DNA of 63,675 nucleotides, filler included, from Octopus bimaculoides (GCF_001194135.2; 5 parts of 5 records of this genome joined end to end with filler, not necessarily neighbours in it); one strand, 5' to 3'. Positions 1 through 14,040 are shown, numbered from the whole stretch's first letter. Notes: generated from the letters alone by a model not told the origin. Program-made: numbers and translations.

Positions 1-294
1 GGAATTCACTTAGATATTCCTTTGCCTGTTTTGTTACTGAGTAAGATGCTTTCTTGCTTTCATGTTTTAAGACAAGTTTTAGCATCCAGTCCTCAGAGTT
101 TTTCAGATAGGTGTCTAGGCCAATTGTGGCTACCTTCATTGATAATGCCAGCTGTAGAAGTCCTCGACCTCCCTCTTTTCTTGGCAGATAAAGACGTTCT
201 ATATCTGCCTTAGGGTGGTGCATTCTATGCATTGTCAACAGTTTTCGTATTTTTCTGTCAACATTACATATTTCAGTAATTGACCAGTTAACGA
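1..294 (-). mobile_element. R4/Dong-clade non-LTR retrotransposon, RT thumb fragment (5'-truncated, runs off the window)
   Basis: Minus-strand translation NWSITEICNVDRKIRKLLTMHRMHHPKADIERLYLPRKEGGRG-like; the truncated end abuts (TAT)n at 295-343. Confidence 0.88.
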
Positions 295-344
<50 letters not shown>

Positions 345-2601
345 TGCGTAACCATACAGAGACTAATAACCTGGTGTAGAACTCAATATACGTTTGGTCC
401 AGAGCACAATATTATATGAGTATAGAGTGGTGTACTCAACTAAGAGTCTACCCTATCATATAGCAGAAACAGCTGTAAGCTAAGGGAGTTACATGACATT
501 CGATTTTTTCCGGTGTCATCACTTTGTTTTATATGTGTGTGTGTGCGTGTGTGTGCATGTACGTACATATATATACATGTGCATATGTATGTATACATAC
601 ATGCATGTATGTATATATTCTTCTGTTCTTAATTGTTATATTCTTCCTCTGAGGTATGTACTGAACCCCTTGTGACTTCATTGACAGACAACAATATGTG
701 ATTGTCATAGAAATCTTGTGGAACACCGCAAGGTGTGTCTCTTCTGCTTTCTATATAAGCATTTCAACAGCAATCTATCATCTTGCCTGAAGCCAATCTA
801 GACAAGCGGGTGAAAATTTGATACGGTTGGGATCTGAACTCAGAGAAAAAAGATCCAGGATAAATACTAGTCTTAGGATTTCTCCATGTATTTAAATGAT
901 CTCTAAGCCACATATATGAATTGAAAATATACACATATCTAGTAATATATAACTTGATTGAAAGGAAAAATAAGACTGTTCTGCCAGTAAATTTTCACCG
1001 CATATCGAAACCTTGCGTTTCAGAATCTACGTGTACGGGTGGTTTTAACTATAGTATTCATATTGTATGCTAATTTGTAGATGCTTCAAAACATCTTAAC
1101 CAACGTGGAATTGTTAACATGATCGTTCAAACTATGGTGATTAAAGTGAAGTCTCATTCAAATTATACCTTACAATCTTTAATTTAAATGTGGAGGAACA
1201 TAGATTAATGTAATTTAAAATATCGTAAAAAGATGGAAAAAAGAATCAAACTAAGAAGCTAGCAGTAGTATGCGTCGAGACGATTTCATCTTGTAAAGTT
1301 CCCACACTTTGCTAGGTTTTCTACATGTCTGTACTGAATTCTTGAGCTAAGCACATTTTAGGGGAACCAATTTTGTTTTTATTCTGCCCTTATCCAGAGA
1401 ATGGCTTTGCTCGAAACATTTCCCCAAGTTATAAGAACATATCTAAATTTGCTAAATTTACTTATTAAATGTTCTACTACAAAAATGTTCTTTGTATGTC
1501 GATATAAGCTCACATTAAGGAAAAAAATAATCTTATATCTAGAACCTTGATCTTTTTTTTTTCTTTTCTTTTATCAAGACTCTAGATAATGTTATCATAT
1601 CGCAAGTGGGTTTTTGTTTTCTTTTTTCATTCAAAATGAACAAGAAATTATCCTCTGCTAAGCAGATATATTGATTATGAACTGGTTCCGTAACGATCGT
1701 ATGAATAGGATAGGAAACAAAATCTATATCTGGGCAATAAATACCATTGGCCTTGTCGATACTATACACATAGACGAAAATAAAATGAAACAATATGAAG
1801 GATTTTATTTCAGAAAGAAGCATGTATTAGGAAAAGAACGAAGTGTTTGAAAAAGAGAGAAATGAACATCTGAATATAGAACACAAAGCATGCACAATAT
1901 GTGTGAACGCGTGTGTGCGTGCATATGTATATATATATTATGTATATGTATGTGTGTGTGTGTGTAGGTATATGTATGTATATATGCATATATACATATT
2001 TACAGATTTAAAAAATCTATCAAATTATTACCATGTAGGATTTCATCACGAAGGAAACCATTCTGATGAGACGGGCATTATGTTTCTGTATTTGGAATAC
2101 TTAAAACGCCATTTATACATTTATAGTACCCCAGAAACGGCCGTAGATGATATCCTTTACCAGAATTCTCCCGAATCTATATATATTTATTTTATCTACT
2201 TATTTATCTACCTATTTACTCCTGAATTTTTAAATTTTGAACTTTCATCCAACGTTTCGCATAAACATCATATTTTTATTCGACTCGAACAGTTCTTTCT
2301 GGAAGCCCATACCTCAAATTTTTACCTCTTTATTTGTCACTCCTCCATTCGATAGCTGAACCCAGCGTACATGGTGCATAGTTTTGACATATGACATTTA
2401 CATGTAATTTTGTTCACTTACTTATAAATTTATATATATATTTATTTCGTTGTGTGTTTTAAATTATGCTTTGGAATTTATATTGATTGCCTAGAAGTGT
2501 TCCTTCGATAATTTCCCTTACCCTTATATATATATAAACATGCATGTTATATATATATATAAATATACATACATGCATACATGCATACATGCATACATAC
2601 A

Positions 2602-3306
2602 TACCTGATGCACAAATGGCATAGAGATGCAGGTAAAGCCGTAATATGTGACAACAGATGCAGACTTTGTAGAGTCAGCACTGAAGATATCACCCACATC
2701 ATAAGCTGTTGTCCGAAAATGTCATTACGGTATTATCTACCGATGAGACATGACGTTGTAGCTAGGACACTCTATAATGAAATCCGTCGGAAGGATAATC
2801 TCGAGGACAAAGAAATAAGAACCCACAATATGGTAGAAGCCATAGCACTCATAATGAAGAGGAATACTGGTGGAATGTACCAGTGAAGACCTTGATAAAA
2901 TGTAACCACAACAGATCTGATATGATGATTTGGGATAGAGAAGAGAAACTCTGCACAGTTGTGGAAATCAGCTACCCAGTGGATGTTAACATAAAGCTGA
3001 AGATCAGGGAAAAAGAGAACATCTATGCTAAACTATTGAAAAATCTGCAGTTACTCTATCCAGATTACAAGTTCAGGTTTATACCTGTAATTATTGGGGC
3101 CCTGGAATATGTAACACACTACCTAAATGCCAATCTTGAGAAATTACGCTTCTCAAAACCAGAAAGGAAAAAGCTAATCCGAAGACTGCAGATTCAATCT
3201 ATCACTGGAACTATAAAAATCTGTAAAACTTTCTAAAAGTTTATCATTTAAATATATATGAGCATGTCAGGATATGCAACTATATGCATGAGAATACAGA
3301 AATAAA
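2602..3306 (+). mobile_element. RLE-type (R2/R4-like) LINE 3' end: zinc knuckle plus restriction-like endonuclease, frameshifted
   Basis: CRLC...HIISCC zinc knuckle, RHD motif, N(R)SD...VEIS PD-(D/E)xK-like motif, FIPVIIGAL; flanked by (ATAC)n on both sides. Confidence 0.9.
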
Positions 3307-3559
3307 AAATACATACATACATACATACATACATACATACATAAAAAATACCCTGTTGTTGATGTTGAAATTCCAATGAAAGTGCCTTGGATCTAAGTTA
3401 GAAACCGGTTCTTTTTCTATTAGCAAGAAATTTTGAAATGAACTGAATATTTATATTTTTGACACAATATATTGTTTTGTGCCATTCAACAAACATGCAT
3501 GCGCTGCTAGCCATTTTTGGCAGCAAGCTACTAAATCAGTTATTATGCAATGTTTGTAA

Positions 3560-4370
3560 CGTTTTTGTTACAACAGCTCTGTCTAACAACTTAGAGCAAC
3601 GTGCCTGCATAAAAGTTTTCACGAAACTTAGTAAATTGACAATCGAAACCCTATTGGACACTTTTTCGGCAGAAACCAGTGGATTTTTGTGACACAAAGG
3701 TTTCAAAACTTAATGAGTACCAGTTCAAGGGGGAAGCTAGTTAAAGTTACTGGTCACTAGAAAAAAATGTCAGAAAATGTGGTAAAATTTCGGAACATAT
3801 CTATAATGAACCTGTCTCCCGCATTTTGTACTTGATGAAAGACAACTTTGTAGGAAAGTTATTAATGATCAAAATTAATAATCTGAGTTTACAGCAACGA
3901 CCCGATCTGGGGACAAAATAGCAATCATAGCAATGGAAACCCTCACAATCACCAAAGGCAAAGAAAATGTAACATGTCCATAAAACAACGGACAGTATTC
4001 TCTCGTTTTGTTCTGTTTTCTGATGTCAAGATAATTTTTCACTGAAAATTTATTTCACAAGAAGTCTATAGAGAAGATAAGCGACAAAGTGGGTGGAATT
4101 ATGGTGCAACAGCTATTGATTGTTACCTTATTACATCTCGCCCGTTTCCACCTCCCTCAACATGACTCAATATTTGACAAAGAAATAAAGTTGCATATTC
4201 TACACACTTTGCACTCGACTAACCTTTCGTCTTGCTACTTTGATATTTTTCTTAAAATGAAATTGAATCTTAAGAGGTACCATTACGAGACAGTAGGCGA
4301 AATCACAAGTGATTTAAACGGCAATCAAGAAAAGCAGTTCTGTTGTTCTTTTGAGGCATAGAAGACGCAT
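3560..4370 (+). mobile_element. Degenerate mariner transposase remnant
   Basis: LEQRACIK..KL.K..IET at the N-terminus and HTLHSTNLSSCYFDIFLKMK (degenerate HPPYSPDLAPCDFFLFPKLK); no TIRs recognised. Confidence 0.7.
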
Positions 4371-4849
4371 TAGAGCAGGTGTGTACATACCGAAGATGAC
4401 AGTACGTAAGTAGATTATGGCTGGTAAATGTGGAATGTGCTATGGCATTTGTTTTATCAATGTAGTTAATAAATATATATTTACTGGAGTGTTGTCCATC
4501 ATATGACAGGTAATTTGGGGGAATATCAGAAATTTTTCAGGGTAGATATGGATCGTTTACAGATTGCTGTTCGGCGTCTTCTGTTTGTTTCATTAAGCTT
4601 TTTCTAATGTCTCAGTACATTACTCGATGAGTACAGGCGCGTCCAAAACAATCAAAGAGAATGACGCTAAAAATAGCCATGATAGTTTTTTGAGCTGCAA
4701 TGATAGTTCTTGAATTTCTTAGGTCTTGAAGAAGAAATACGCCCCTGTGTCATCCCCTGCCACCAAATTAGAGGGGGGAAATATGTTTTCATTGATTTCA
4801 AACACTTCTACATCAGAAAAGACTTCCACCCTTCTCCATCTTAAATCGG

Positions 4850-5250
4850 GTACCAACTGCCAAGGACCCACTTTGCAAACGCTCTCTGGCACTCAAAGTA
4901 TTCCATAATCTTCTGTAATGCATTGTATCACAGTCTAGTTGTGAAGCAACCTCACGACTTGTGACTCGTCTGTCTGCATGAATCAATACGTAATGCTCGC
5001 TGGGGATCTGTGTCAGGGGTTGCAGATGGTCTCCTACTCTGTGGTTTGTCTTCAGTGCTGGCTTCTCTTTCTATAACTTCTTCAACCATCTGTGCTTATT
5101 GTTCTAGACAATGTTGTCAGATCTTGTAGCCTGTCGTAAATGTCATCTTGAACCCTTCCTTTGTAACAGACTCAATGAAGAACAGGCATAAGTGTCACTG
5201 TACAAACACAGGCAATTTGATCGACATGTGTTAGGAAAAGAATTATGATA
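4850..5250 (-). mobile_element. Degenerate mariner transposase remnant (HTH region)
   Basis: Minus strand HADRRVTSREVASQL...AFAKWVLG, similar to the mariner DRRVT.REIA..L...KVCARWVP motif. Confidence 0.6.
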
Positions 5251-5895
5251 TGCCCACTTTTGCATTACTTTCAGTACAACCTTCGCTTAAAATGCGTTTG
5301 AGGGAAAAGAAAGTTTTGTCATATTAAATGATTATACTTAAAATAAGAACTTGTTAATTACTAACACAAACACCCCTACCAATACTTATTCATTTACACA
5401 TTTATTTTGCTCTTTTTACTACATTGAAATTCATTTCAATCGTACGTTTACCTTTTAGCATTAGAATGAAGATTTATGTTTAACCAAAGACAGCAAAATG
5501 AATAAATAGGTCATCTGAATCCATTCGAGAATCAAGCGAAGATCACATGTGTTGTGTGTAGTTTTGAAAATAGAAGCAGAAATTGTGTAAAAATAATAAA
5601 AATGACGTAAGAAGATTAGTTACTGATAAATTCCATTGATTTCCTGTCTTGTGAATTCATTTCCTGTTCACTAAAAAGCTAAGAGACATTGCAAACAAAG
5701 CAGAGATATAAATCTTTAGTGTATTCCATTTTAAAGCTGGTTTCTAAATTGGACTGAATATATTTCATTTTAAATTATCTTGCTATGAAACTAAACTTCT
5801 AATAATGAATTTTTCAACAAGTTACATAGAAAAACGGTAGAGATAATATAATTTAACTTATTCTTAAAATATTACTTTTCCAAGAAGAAACATCG

Positions 5896-5937
<42 letters not shown>

Positions 5938-7429
5938 TATTGGATTTTCACTTGTGACAGCATAATCCAGAATTACATTCTCTGCAAAGTTTTGGTCAGA
6001 TATTTTTACCATTTGCATAGTAAAATGGTGGAAAATATTTAAGGACGAACTATTTCCACTCTGAATTCAAATTCTATAGTGGTCATATCTTTTGCTTCTT
6101 ATTTTCTTTGCTTTTCTTAAAAGTACCTAGTGTGTATGTAACGTCATATAATTATGTTCGTATACTTATACTGTTTCCCAACATATGTCTACAGTAAATC
6201 AACTTTCAGAATCCGTAATACAATTTCCATTCGTAATTAGAAACATCTCACTTTTTTGGTTACACCTCATACTGCATAATCCCGGTCATAGTCAACAGCT
6301 TGTCCAAGGAATAGACTTCATCAAATCTATTGCCTTTAATATTACATAAAAATGAAGCACGCAGAAACCATTGTCCATGGAACATACCCATTTCATGTTT
6401 TACTAGTGATGTTATGATAAGGTGCTACCTATACTTGACCGAAATAATTACAATAATATTAATCCTTGATTAATATCAATATTTTCTCGTCATCGTTTCA
6501 TGTTAATTCTTAATTGCTCCTTATAACTTTAATTTAACTTGTTTTTCATGAAGGTGGCATCGGTAAGTTATTATTATTATAAGTCACTGTAGTGAGTAAG
6601 CTTAAAATCTGCAGAATTTCTCCGCTAAATATTAATATGGAACAAACGTCTTATGACACTGCCTGTGTGTGACACTATACAAGAACTTATAGAACGCGCC
6701 TATTTCTGCTAATGTAAACTGAGAAAGATCGTATTTAATACCTAGATAACAAAGTTTTCAAACAAATTAGTAATTTTTATTTCATATTTATTACACCCAA
6801 GAAACTTCTGTCTGGTCACTTGAATCACATCCGTGACATCCAAATTTTAAATTTTAACAATAATATCAGCATAATCATAACTAGATGAAGTAACTTTGAA
6901 TCAAAATCTTTTATCTTTTGATCAGGGAGAAGCCAAAATAGATCGGGATCTCAAGTATGTAATGTAACGATAGCACTTCATGTCTATATAATGTCTATAA
7001 AGTATTGGTGAAAGGGTGACATAGTAGAAGATATTAATACCGCTATTTAGATTATCCTTCTTTGTTCTATCTTGAAATATAATCCAAGTCAACTTTGCTT
7101 TTCAACCTTTTAGGGATGAAGAAAAATAAATATCAGTTCGGTCATATATTAGGATTGATTTTATTATTTTATATTTATCTCTTTATTTGCGTGGCTTTGT
7201 TGGGGTAAAGAAATGAATCATACCAATAAAGCATACGGAAAGATTGATAATGTTCTACTTATCTCCTCAAAAACTTATCATTAAGGCTCGCACATTCACA
7301 ATTTGAACAACGACTTCCCGATAAGGTTCTATCGAAAAAACGTCTCAGTTAGCTATTGCTTATCCTCGAGGCTGGATTAGCTACATAAATGTAATGGAGC
7401 GCTTCTCAATCAAAGATGACTGATGTCAT

Positions 7430-7630
7430 TCAACCTCATCATCATCGTCGTCGTCATCAGCAGCAGCAACAGCAGCAGCAACAGTAGCAATAGCAACAGT
7501 AGCAACAGTAGCGGAAGCAGCCGAAGCAGTAGCAGCTTTGTTCATTTCAATTACCATAATCATCCCTACAAACACTATCAGTATCATCATCATCGCCATC
7601 ACCATCATCATTATCCACATTACCACTACA
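7430..7630. repeat. Compound trinucleotide microsatellite (CAT/CAG/CAC)
   Basis: Direct inspection; explains the poly-Ser/His ORFs. Similar tracts at 35050-35220 and 63520-63675. Confidence 0.9.
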
Positions 7631-10075
7631 ATTTTCGTTTACACTTTAAATGTGCTTTAACATTAATAATTAATATTGCAGCCAAGAGATATACGTACTT
7701 GTTTTCTTTGATCTTTAAATGAATTTAATTCCCTTGTAAGCATCAGGTCCTTGAAAACTAAATCTCTTCCCTGATAAAGCCACTGATCAATAGATAAAAG
7801 ATTTCTTGGCTCACAATCAAGGTTAGTATTTACTGACATTTGAGAGCATTAACTAGAAATGATAGAAAGATTTTGAAGGAATATACATGTTTACTATAAC
7901 AAGAAATATCGCTGGTTATTGAAGGCTAAATGGAATAATAAATTGAATTGCTAGTTAATAACTATATCGTCAAGACCTAGTGTCCAGTTCTTCGGTGGAT
8001 AATGTATTTCTATGTAGCCAAGGCAATTAAATAAAAAAAAATGCCAAGACTGTTATTAGAAATGTGCTTTTGATGAAAGTTATGATATTTTACAGTGCTT
8101 ATATCTTACTGATTGTAGTCGATTGCAATTCTCCGGTGTCTTGTTATTCCTCGTTTTTTTTTTCTTCATTTCTTTGCTGTGTATTGGATAAATTGGAGAA
8201 TATTAATGGAAATGTAACTGGGAGTCTCATAGATGGAACAGAAATTTGATTAAAAATATCTTAAGCAAAATTACTTATGATACATTTGAGAACACCTCTA
8301 TCTCCTCAGAATCCCAGCTTGGCAGAATGGCTGACATATTTGCATTTTGCGGGTATAGATGTTTGTATATACAAAAACTGCTCTAGCTGGATTAACCATC
8401 CAGCATCAATGACGCAATACGTTACTCTGCCGCCTTATTTATTGCGTTCTGTATTTTGTTTATGTTCATATACGAAAGAAATGTTGTGGAGCTAAACATA
8501 GCTGTTGGGAGCTAAACATAGCTGTGCAATTAAGAAGTTTCCTTTGCAGCCATACGTTTGGGGGTGTATCCTCATTGGTGTTCAACAATGTAAGCAATCT
8601 TTTACTTTCGGAATACTAAAAAACACTAACAAAATCATATCATTCATATGCATGTAATGTCTCCATTCTATCTCCATGTAGACGGATCCTCGATACAGTC
8701 CTATTTAGTGAAGCCATACTGCTTAGTTGTAAAATTTATGAAAACGCCAAACCGAATCGACATATCAGAAAGAGAATCAAATCTAAGCGTACTATAAGAC
8801 ACGAACTCATGTCTCCTTCCTGACGCTTTGGTGCAATAACTACTATACTAGGTACACATTTCTAGGAGTGAAATAGCCATAAATTACTCAAAGCTAAATT
8901 ACTTATTTATACAGAGTGGTAGTTACAATCGATTTCCATTTTACTTTCGATTACTAATAAAGATTTCCGGCAAAAGAAACCAATAGAATAAGTACCAGAC
9001 TTTAAAATATTTCACTCAAATGAGTGAAAAAAGTAAAAGATAAAACACAAAACCGGAAATAATCTATTGTGAGCCTCGTTTCAGTTTGTAAACTATCAAT
9101 AAGATTTTCTCTAGCCTTAAAAAAACTCGAGAATAGCTGATTTACTACATTATCTGGCAATGCATATCGTCACTCATCCTGTAGAAGCATCCAACCCAGT
9201 TTTATTTCATGTCATTTTATGGCAGTTGTGAAGCATTTAGGGGAAAAACCTGTTAAAAGACAGAGGGTAAGTTAATAACACGACGTTGTTTTAGTCTGTC
9301 TTTGTAATCATTAACAACGCTGTGGCAATAATAAGGGATTTGATGTTTCTGACTTTGTTCCCCAGGAATAACTTTCAATGATAGGACAACATTCTGAAGG
9401 ATACTTATGTATCCTCTGCTTAACTCTATCGGAAGCAGAATATAAGCATTGGTTCGACAGAAGACTGTTTCAAAAATCGATGTTACATAAACAAGATTGT
9501 TAAATGCTTTAGAAGATGACTATTTTTATCGTTGATCTTGAGTTTGTACCATGGTGAAGAGCTCAATATGTGTTGCATGATAATGCAATAAGTTAATCAC
9601 CCAAGAGTGAGATATATGATAATCCGTCGCATATCGAATTAACCTCACAAATTCCACATTAGCACTTTATTCGACATTCGTAAGTAATTCAGTATATGAG
9701 GAGAAACGAATAAACTTTCTGTCAAGTATTTACTTTGTTTATAGTTGGCAAGATGACTGTAATTTTTTTTTTCGTAAATTATGTTAAATATAATATCATT
9801 ACAGTTCACCATAAAAAAGAGCATATTTGTTGATAAATTTCATAAGTAATTATTGGTGTATGAATATTAATTTTACTCTAAGTAATAAGTGTGATCTGTA
9901 TAGCCAACAATTTTCCATATTATCGTTTATAATTATATATATATATATGTAGACTTTTTAATAAATGTTTATATACTCGTGTTCTAGTGAATCATAATTT
10001 GTAGCACATATATTTAAATAATGTCTAAGTGAGGTGATATTGCAATATATTCATCTTAAAATTCGCTTATTTATA

Positions 10076-11077
10076 TTGGGTCATCCCATAAATAGTGCGG
10101 TTTTTTTATACTTCTTTTATTTTTCAAAATTAAGAAAAACAATGTTCTTTTTTAATCTAAAATATACTCACCTTCATTTTCTACGATGCTCTTCCATCTT
10201 TCTGTTAGACTTGCAAGGCCCCTCTCCCAAAATTCACTTCCTCGTAATAAAAAAAATTTCTTCTAGTACTGTTCTGACCTCGTCTACAGAATTCATATTC
10301 TTCAGTCCAAATGATTTTCGGAGTAAATGATAATCAGATGGGACAATGTCTGGTGGGTGGGGCATCGTTTCTCATTCAAACTGCTCCGGCCTTTGGAATA
10401 TTGTTCTCGCTGTATATAGCCGATCATTATCCTGATGGAAGAATACCTTTCGTCTTGAAATCAAAGACGGTCGTTTTACTTCTAGCACTGAATTAAGCCC
10501 CTCAGGCTGCTCGCAGTAGATGTCCTTTGTTATCGTTTGATTTAGTTTTAAAGTTCAAACCTTTCACATTGTGCCAAACAGATAGCAACACCTTACGTGG
10601 GTGAAGACTTTCTTTAGCCTGGAGCGCAAAGAAGAGCACAGCAAAGAAGAGCACAGTCATTCTCTGCGCGTGATTAGATTAGGAAAGTTAATTGACCCAA
10701 TTAACTGGCTTTTCCGATGGCACGCAGGTGTCGATGATTGGTTGAATGACCAAATCCAAGCTTCCCTACCAGTTCCACAACAATTACGATGCGATTTTGT
10801 TCCAGCAGGACGTCCTCATAGAGATCTACAGATCTTCCAGGGCGAGGCTCGTTTTCTAGGCTGTAGTTTCCGGTTCGGAATTTCTAGAAACACCGTTGAC
10901 ACTAGCCTACGCTTATCGTCCGATCGCCGTATAAAGTATTAATATTCTTCGCATTTTCCGTTGCGTTGTTGCTTTTATTGAGTTCACACAGCAAGATATA
11001 CCGAATATGCTCTTTTGTCACTTCCATTATAGCGTTGAAAAAATAAGCGTAAGCTTATTATTTATGGGATGACCCAA
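10076..11077 (-). mobile_element. Internally deleted mariner element (1002 bp) with perfect TIRs and TA duplication
   Basis: TIR TTGGGTCATCCCATAAAT at 10076-10093 and its reverse complement at 11060-11077; TA at 10074-75 and 11078-79; broken ORF 11027->10152 from MEVTKEHIRYILL...KFRTGNYSLENEPRPGR to ERWKSIVENEGEYILD*. Confidence 0.93.
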
Positions 11078-12207
11078 TACAATTATGTATTCAAGCTTGT
11101 GTGGTATTTACATGTGGTATTTAGTGTGTGGTATTCACTTGTGTGATATTTACTGTTAGTGAAAGAAAAGATGCTATATCTTTCTCCTACAATGAAACAA
11201 CAGGCACTTACAATTCCCAAAGTTTATTGCAAAATTTAATTCCATTGTCATTGTACCTATTAAATGGAATAAAAAATTCTGTAAGACTGCTAGAAAACAA
11301 GATAAATCCAACGATATGTAGCAGTTATGTGTCGCAAAAATAATATTTAGGGCTCCTTTAATGCACAACTTTTAACAAGAATGGGACAGTTGTGACATTT
11401 GTTTCTGTAATGTAGATAATAAATATATATTTACTAGTGTTGCCTATCATATGTCAGTTAATTTTGAAAGTATGGTTTTGCTACCATGGGGAATATTAGG
11501 AATTTCAAATACACGCAATAATCATAATGTAACTTCCATCAAATTTCATCATTTCTTAGTGATGAAATGAATACTAATTTTCAAAAGAAAAAATATTTAT
11601 CGTCTCAAAATAAAATTTAAAAAAAAAAAAATTATGTAACTATTTTGTCATAAACTACCTTTCTTCCTCCTCTGTATGTTTCCTTCTCTCACGCTGTTTG
11701 TGTGTACGTGATGGCCGTTTACTTTTTGCCTGCCACCAAACCTTGTATGCACTCATCTTTCGCCTCTTATCTCTCTTCCTCCCTCTCTCTATGCGATGTA
11801 AAGCGTGACTGAAGAAACTGACTAAGAAACATTTGTATTGGTTGATATTATATAGAGATTTTAACGATCCGTTTCTTCTTATCAAGTATTGAGGCGATAT
11901 CATCGACTATAACTGCCACACTCACCACAAAAATTCATGTCTTTGTACTAATGTTAGAATGTTAGAAATCAATATGGCTAATAAAACAACAGGTTCGTAA
12001 ATTGGCAGAATCTGTAGCGCGCCAAATGAGATATATTGCTGCATGTATTACCTATATGACTTTTTAAAGTCTTTCAGAGTGGCGGGATTGGCCGAAGCTG
12101 ATGTCTTTAACTTGGCTCTTTGGACGCTAACCTGTTATAGCAATGACATTGATTTGGCATTACAAGACACACAAACACACACACACGTACGCACATACAG
12201 AGTGAGT

Positions 12208-12261
<54 letters not shown>

Positions 12262-13589
12262 CGAACTCACATTTACACAGAATCACTCGCGGAAACATAT
12301 ACATACAAAGGGTAGAGAAAGCCTTAAGATGCTACACGTAAAGAAAATACATACATATATACAGAGGGAGTGAAGAAAAAGAAAAAAAACACTTATAGAG
12401 CGGGATGCAGAGGCAAAAAGAGAGTAAAACAATATAAGTGAAATCGTTAAAATGAAGGTATGTCCACATATTATATTAAGTAATGAGTCAGCCCTGATCA
12501 AGAGAATTTTAGCTATTGCATTCCCATCTCTTTTATATATCTAAGATTGCATTGCCCGATATTTCTTTTCTCCCTTTTTAGATTTTAGGTGAGATTTGAG
12601 GAATACTAATTTATTATCTCTAGCTGGTTTCAACTACAATGTAGAGGTCGTAGAAGTTCTCACATGTAGAGGATAGGTTTATTTAAACAATTATAATTAA
12701 CAAAATTAGTTTAAAAGAAGCCATGTTATATACTGAAACTTAAGATACATGGCGATTCGCCAAACTCTTCGCAATCACTTCACAAAATAAACACTATATA
12801 TATATATATGACGGAAAATATCCCAGAAACTATTGGTACACAGATATTGTTTTTGAGATGAGTAGGGGCACTAAACTCCCTTGTTCGAAAATATAAGGAC
12901 GCAGATAGCCAGCTGGAGATGATGTTTCCTGGGGCTAAATAACTGTAACATTCTTCCTAATCAGGACTGCCACATTATGTTGGCAAATAATCTTTTACTC
13001 TAGAGTACTGTTACTCAATGTTTCTCGTTCAGTGATTTAGAAATAATAATTTTTCTATTTATGAGATCTGTGACTACATGCTGTTTACGGAAATGATACC
13101 ATTGACATGAGCAATGTGCACAGATGGTTAAATAAATTTAAAGAAAGATATATCACCATTGAGTTTATAACATGCAGTGGGAAGCCAGTAGTTAATGGGA
13201 ATCTACTGATAAAAATCGCCTGTAAATGGACGAACTGATTCACACGAATATACAAGTCACAATACATAAACATGTTTCACAACTATATTGTGGTCACAAT
13301 GCTTTATAAAAGGTGGTGAAAGTATGTGTAGACTGGAACAACTCAGCAGCTGACCCACTATTTAAAAGCGTGAAGCGAAAAGGAATGCTCTGGTCGGCTG
13401 AAAGCTTTTGAGGCCAATACAGATGCATTGATTTTCTTTTGTGTGTGGGTATATGTTTTATTTCTTTTCGCATCCAGTGAGAGGGGACGAATCGTGGGCG
13501 TATCTTTACAACCTAGAAACAAAGTATCCATGGCATTTCATCAAAGTATCCTTGGAATCCATGAAATTACATCACACCTTTTCTACAAG

Positions 13590-14040
13590 TTTTAAGTTAA
13601 AGAGTTAACAATCGGAACAAAGTCATAGTAAGTGTTTTGGGGAATGACAATGGCGTCATTCACCACGATATTTTGAAACGTAACTGTACCGTAAACAGTG
13701 AGCAGTGCACTGAGACACTCAAAAGTTTTAGAGAAGCCATTGTGCAGAAAAAGCCGAACAAGAATCTGGAAATGATCACCATTTCCCATGACAATGTCAT
13801 CAAATTAGGCAATTGATAAACTGAGCTGGTTAGTGGTCCCTCATCCGTTGTATAACCCGGTTCTATTATCTTCTGATTTCGTCTACTTCTGTCCAATGAA
13901 GGATTATCTTTGTGAACGACGATCTGATGACATAACTGAGGTGAAGGTCGCTGTTAAGAATTGTATAAAAAGAATCCATCCTCTGAAAAGGATTCGAGGG
14001 TTGAGCTCGGTGATAATACAAATGCGTCGCTTGTGCTGGA
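13590..14040 (+). mobile_element. Degenerate mariner catalytic-domain remnant
   Basis: DNGVIHHDILKRNCTVNSEQC.ETLKSFREAI...ISHDN-like segment and HPLYNPVLLSSDFVYFCPMK...EVKVAVK. Confidence 0.75.

Noticed and set aside
1539-1823. 94-aa minus-strand ORF with a hydrophobic N-terminus and a Cys-containing segment (secreted or PAN-like?)
   Set aside because: No splice donor, no recognisable domain, and it ends in a poly-Lys run from a T tract; hydrophobic ORFs are expected in AT-rich DNA.
2020-2175. Minus-strand segment GYHLRPFLGYYKCINGVLSIP resembling a Sushi domain
   Set aside because: In-frame stops on both sides and no polypyrimidine tract at the putative acceptor.
12017-12026. E2F-like GCGCGCCAAA, and YY1-like AAAATGGCGGC at about 19199
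   Set aside because: Single short motifs with no linked gene or CpG island; expected by chance in 60 kb.
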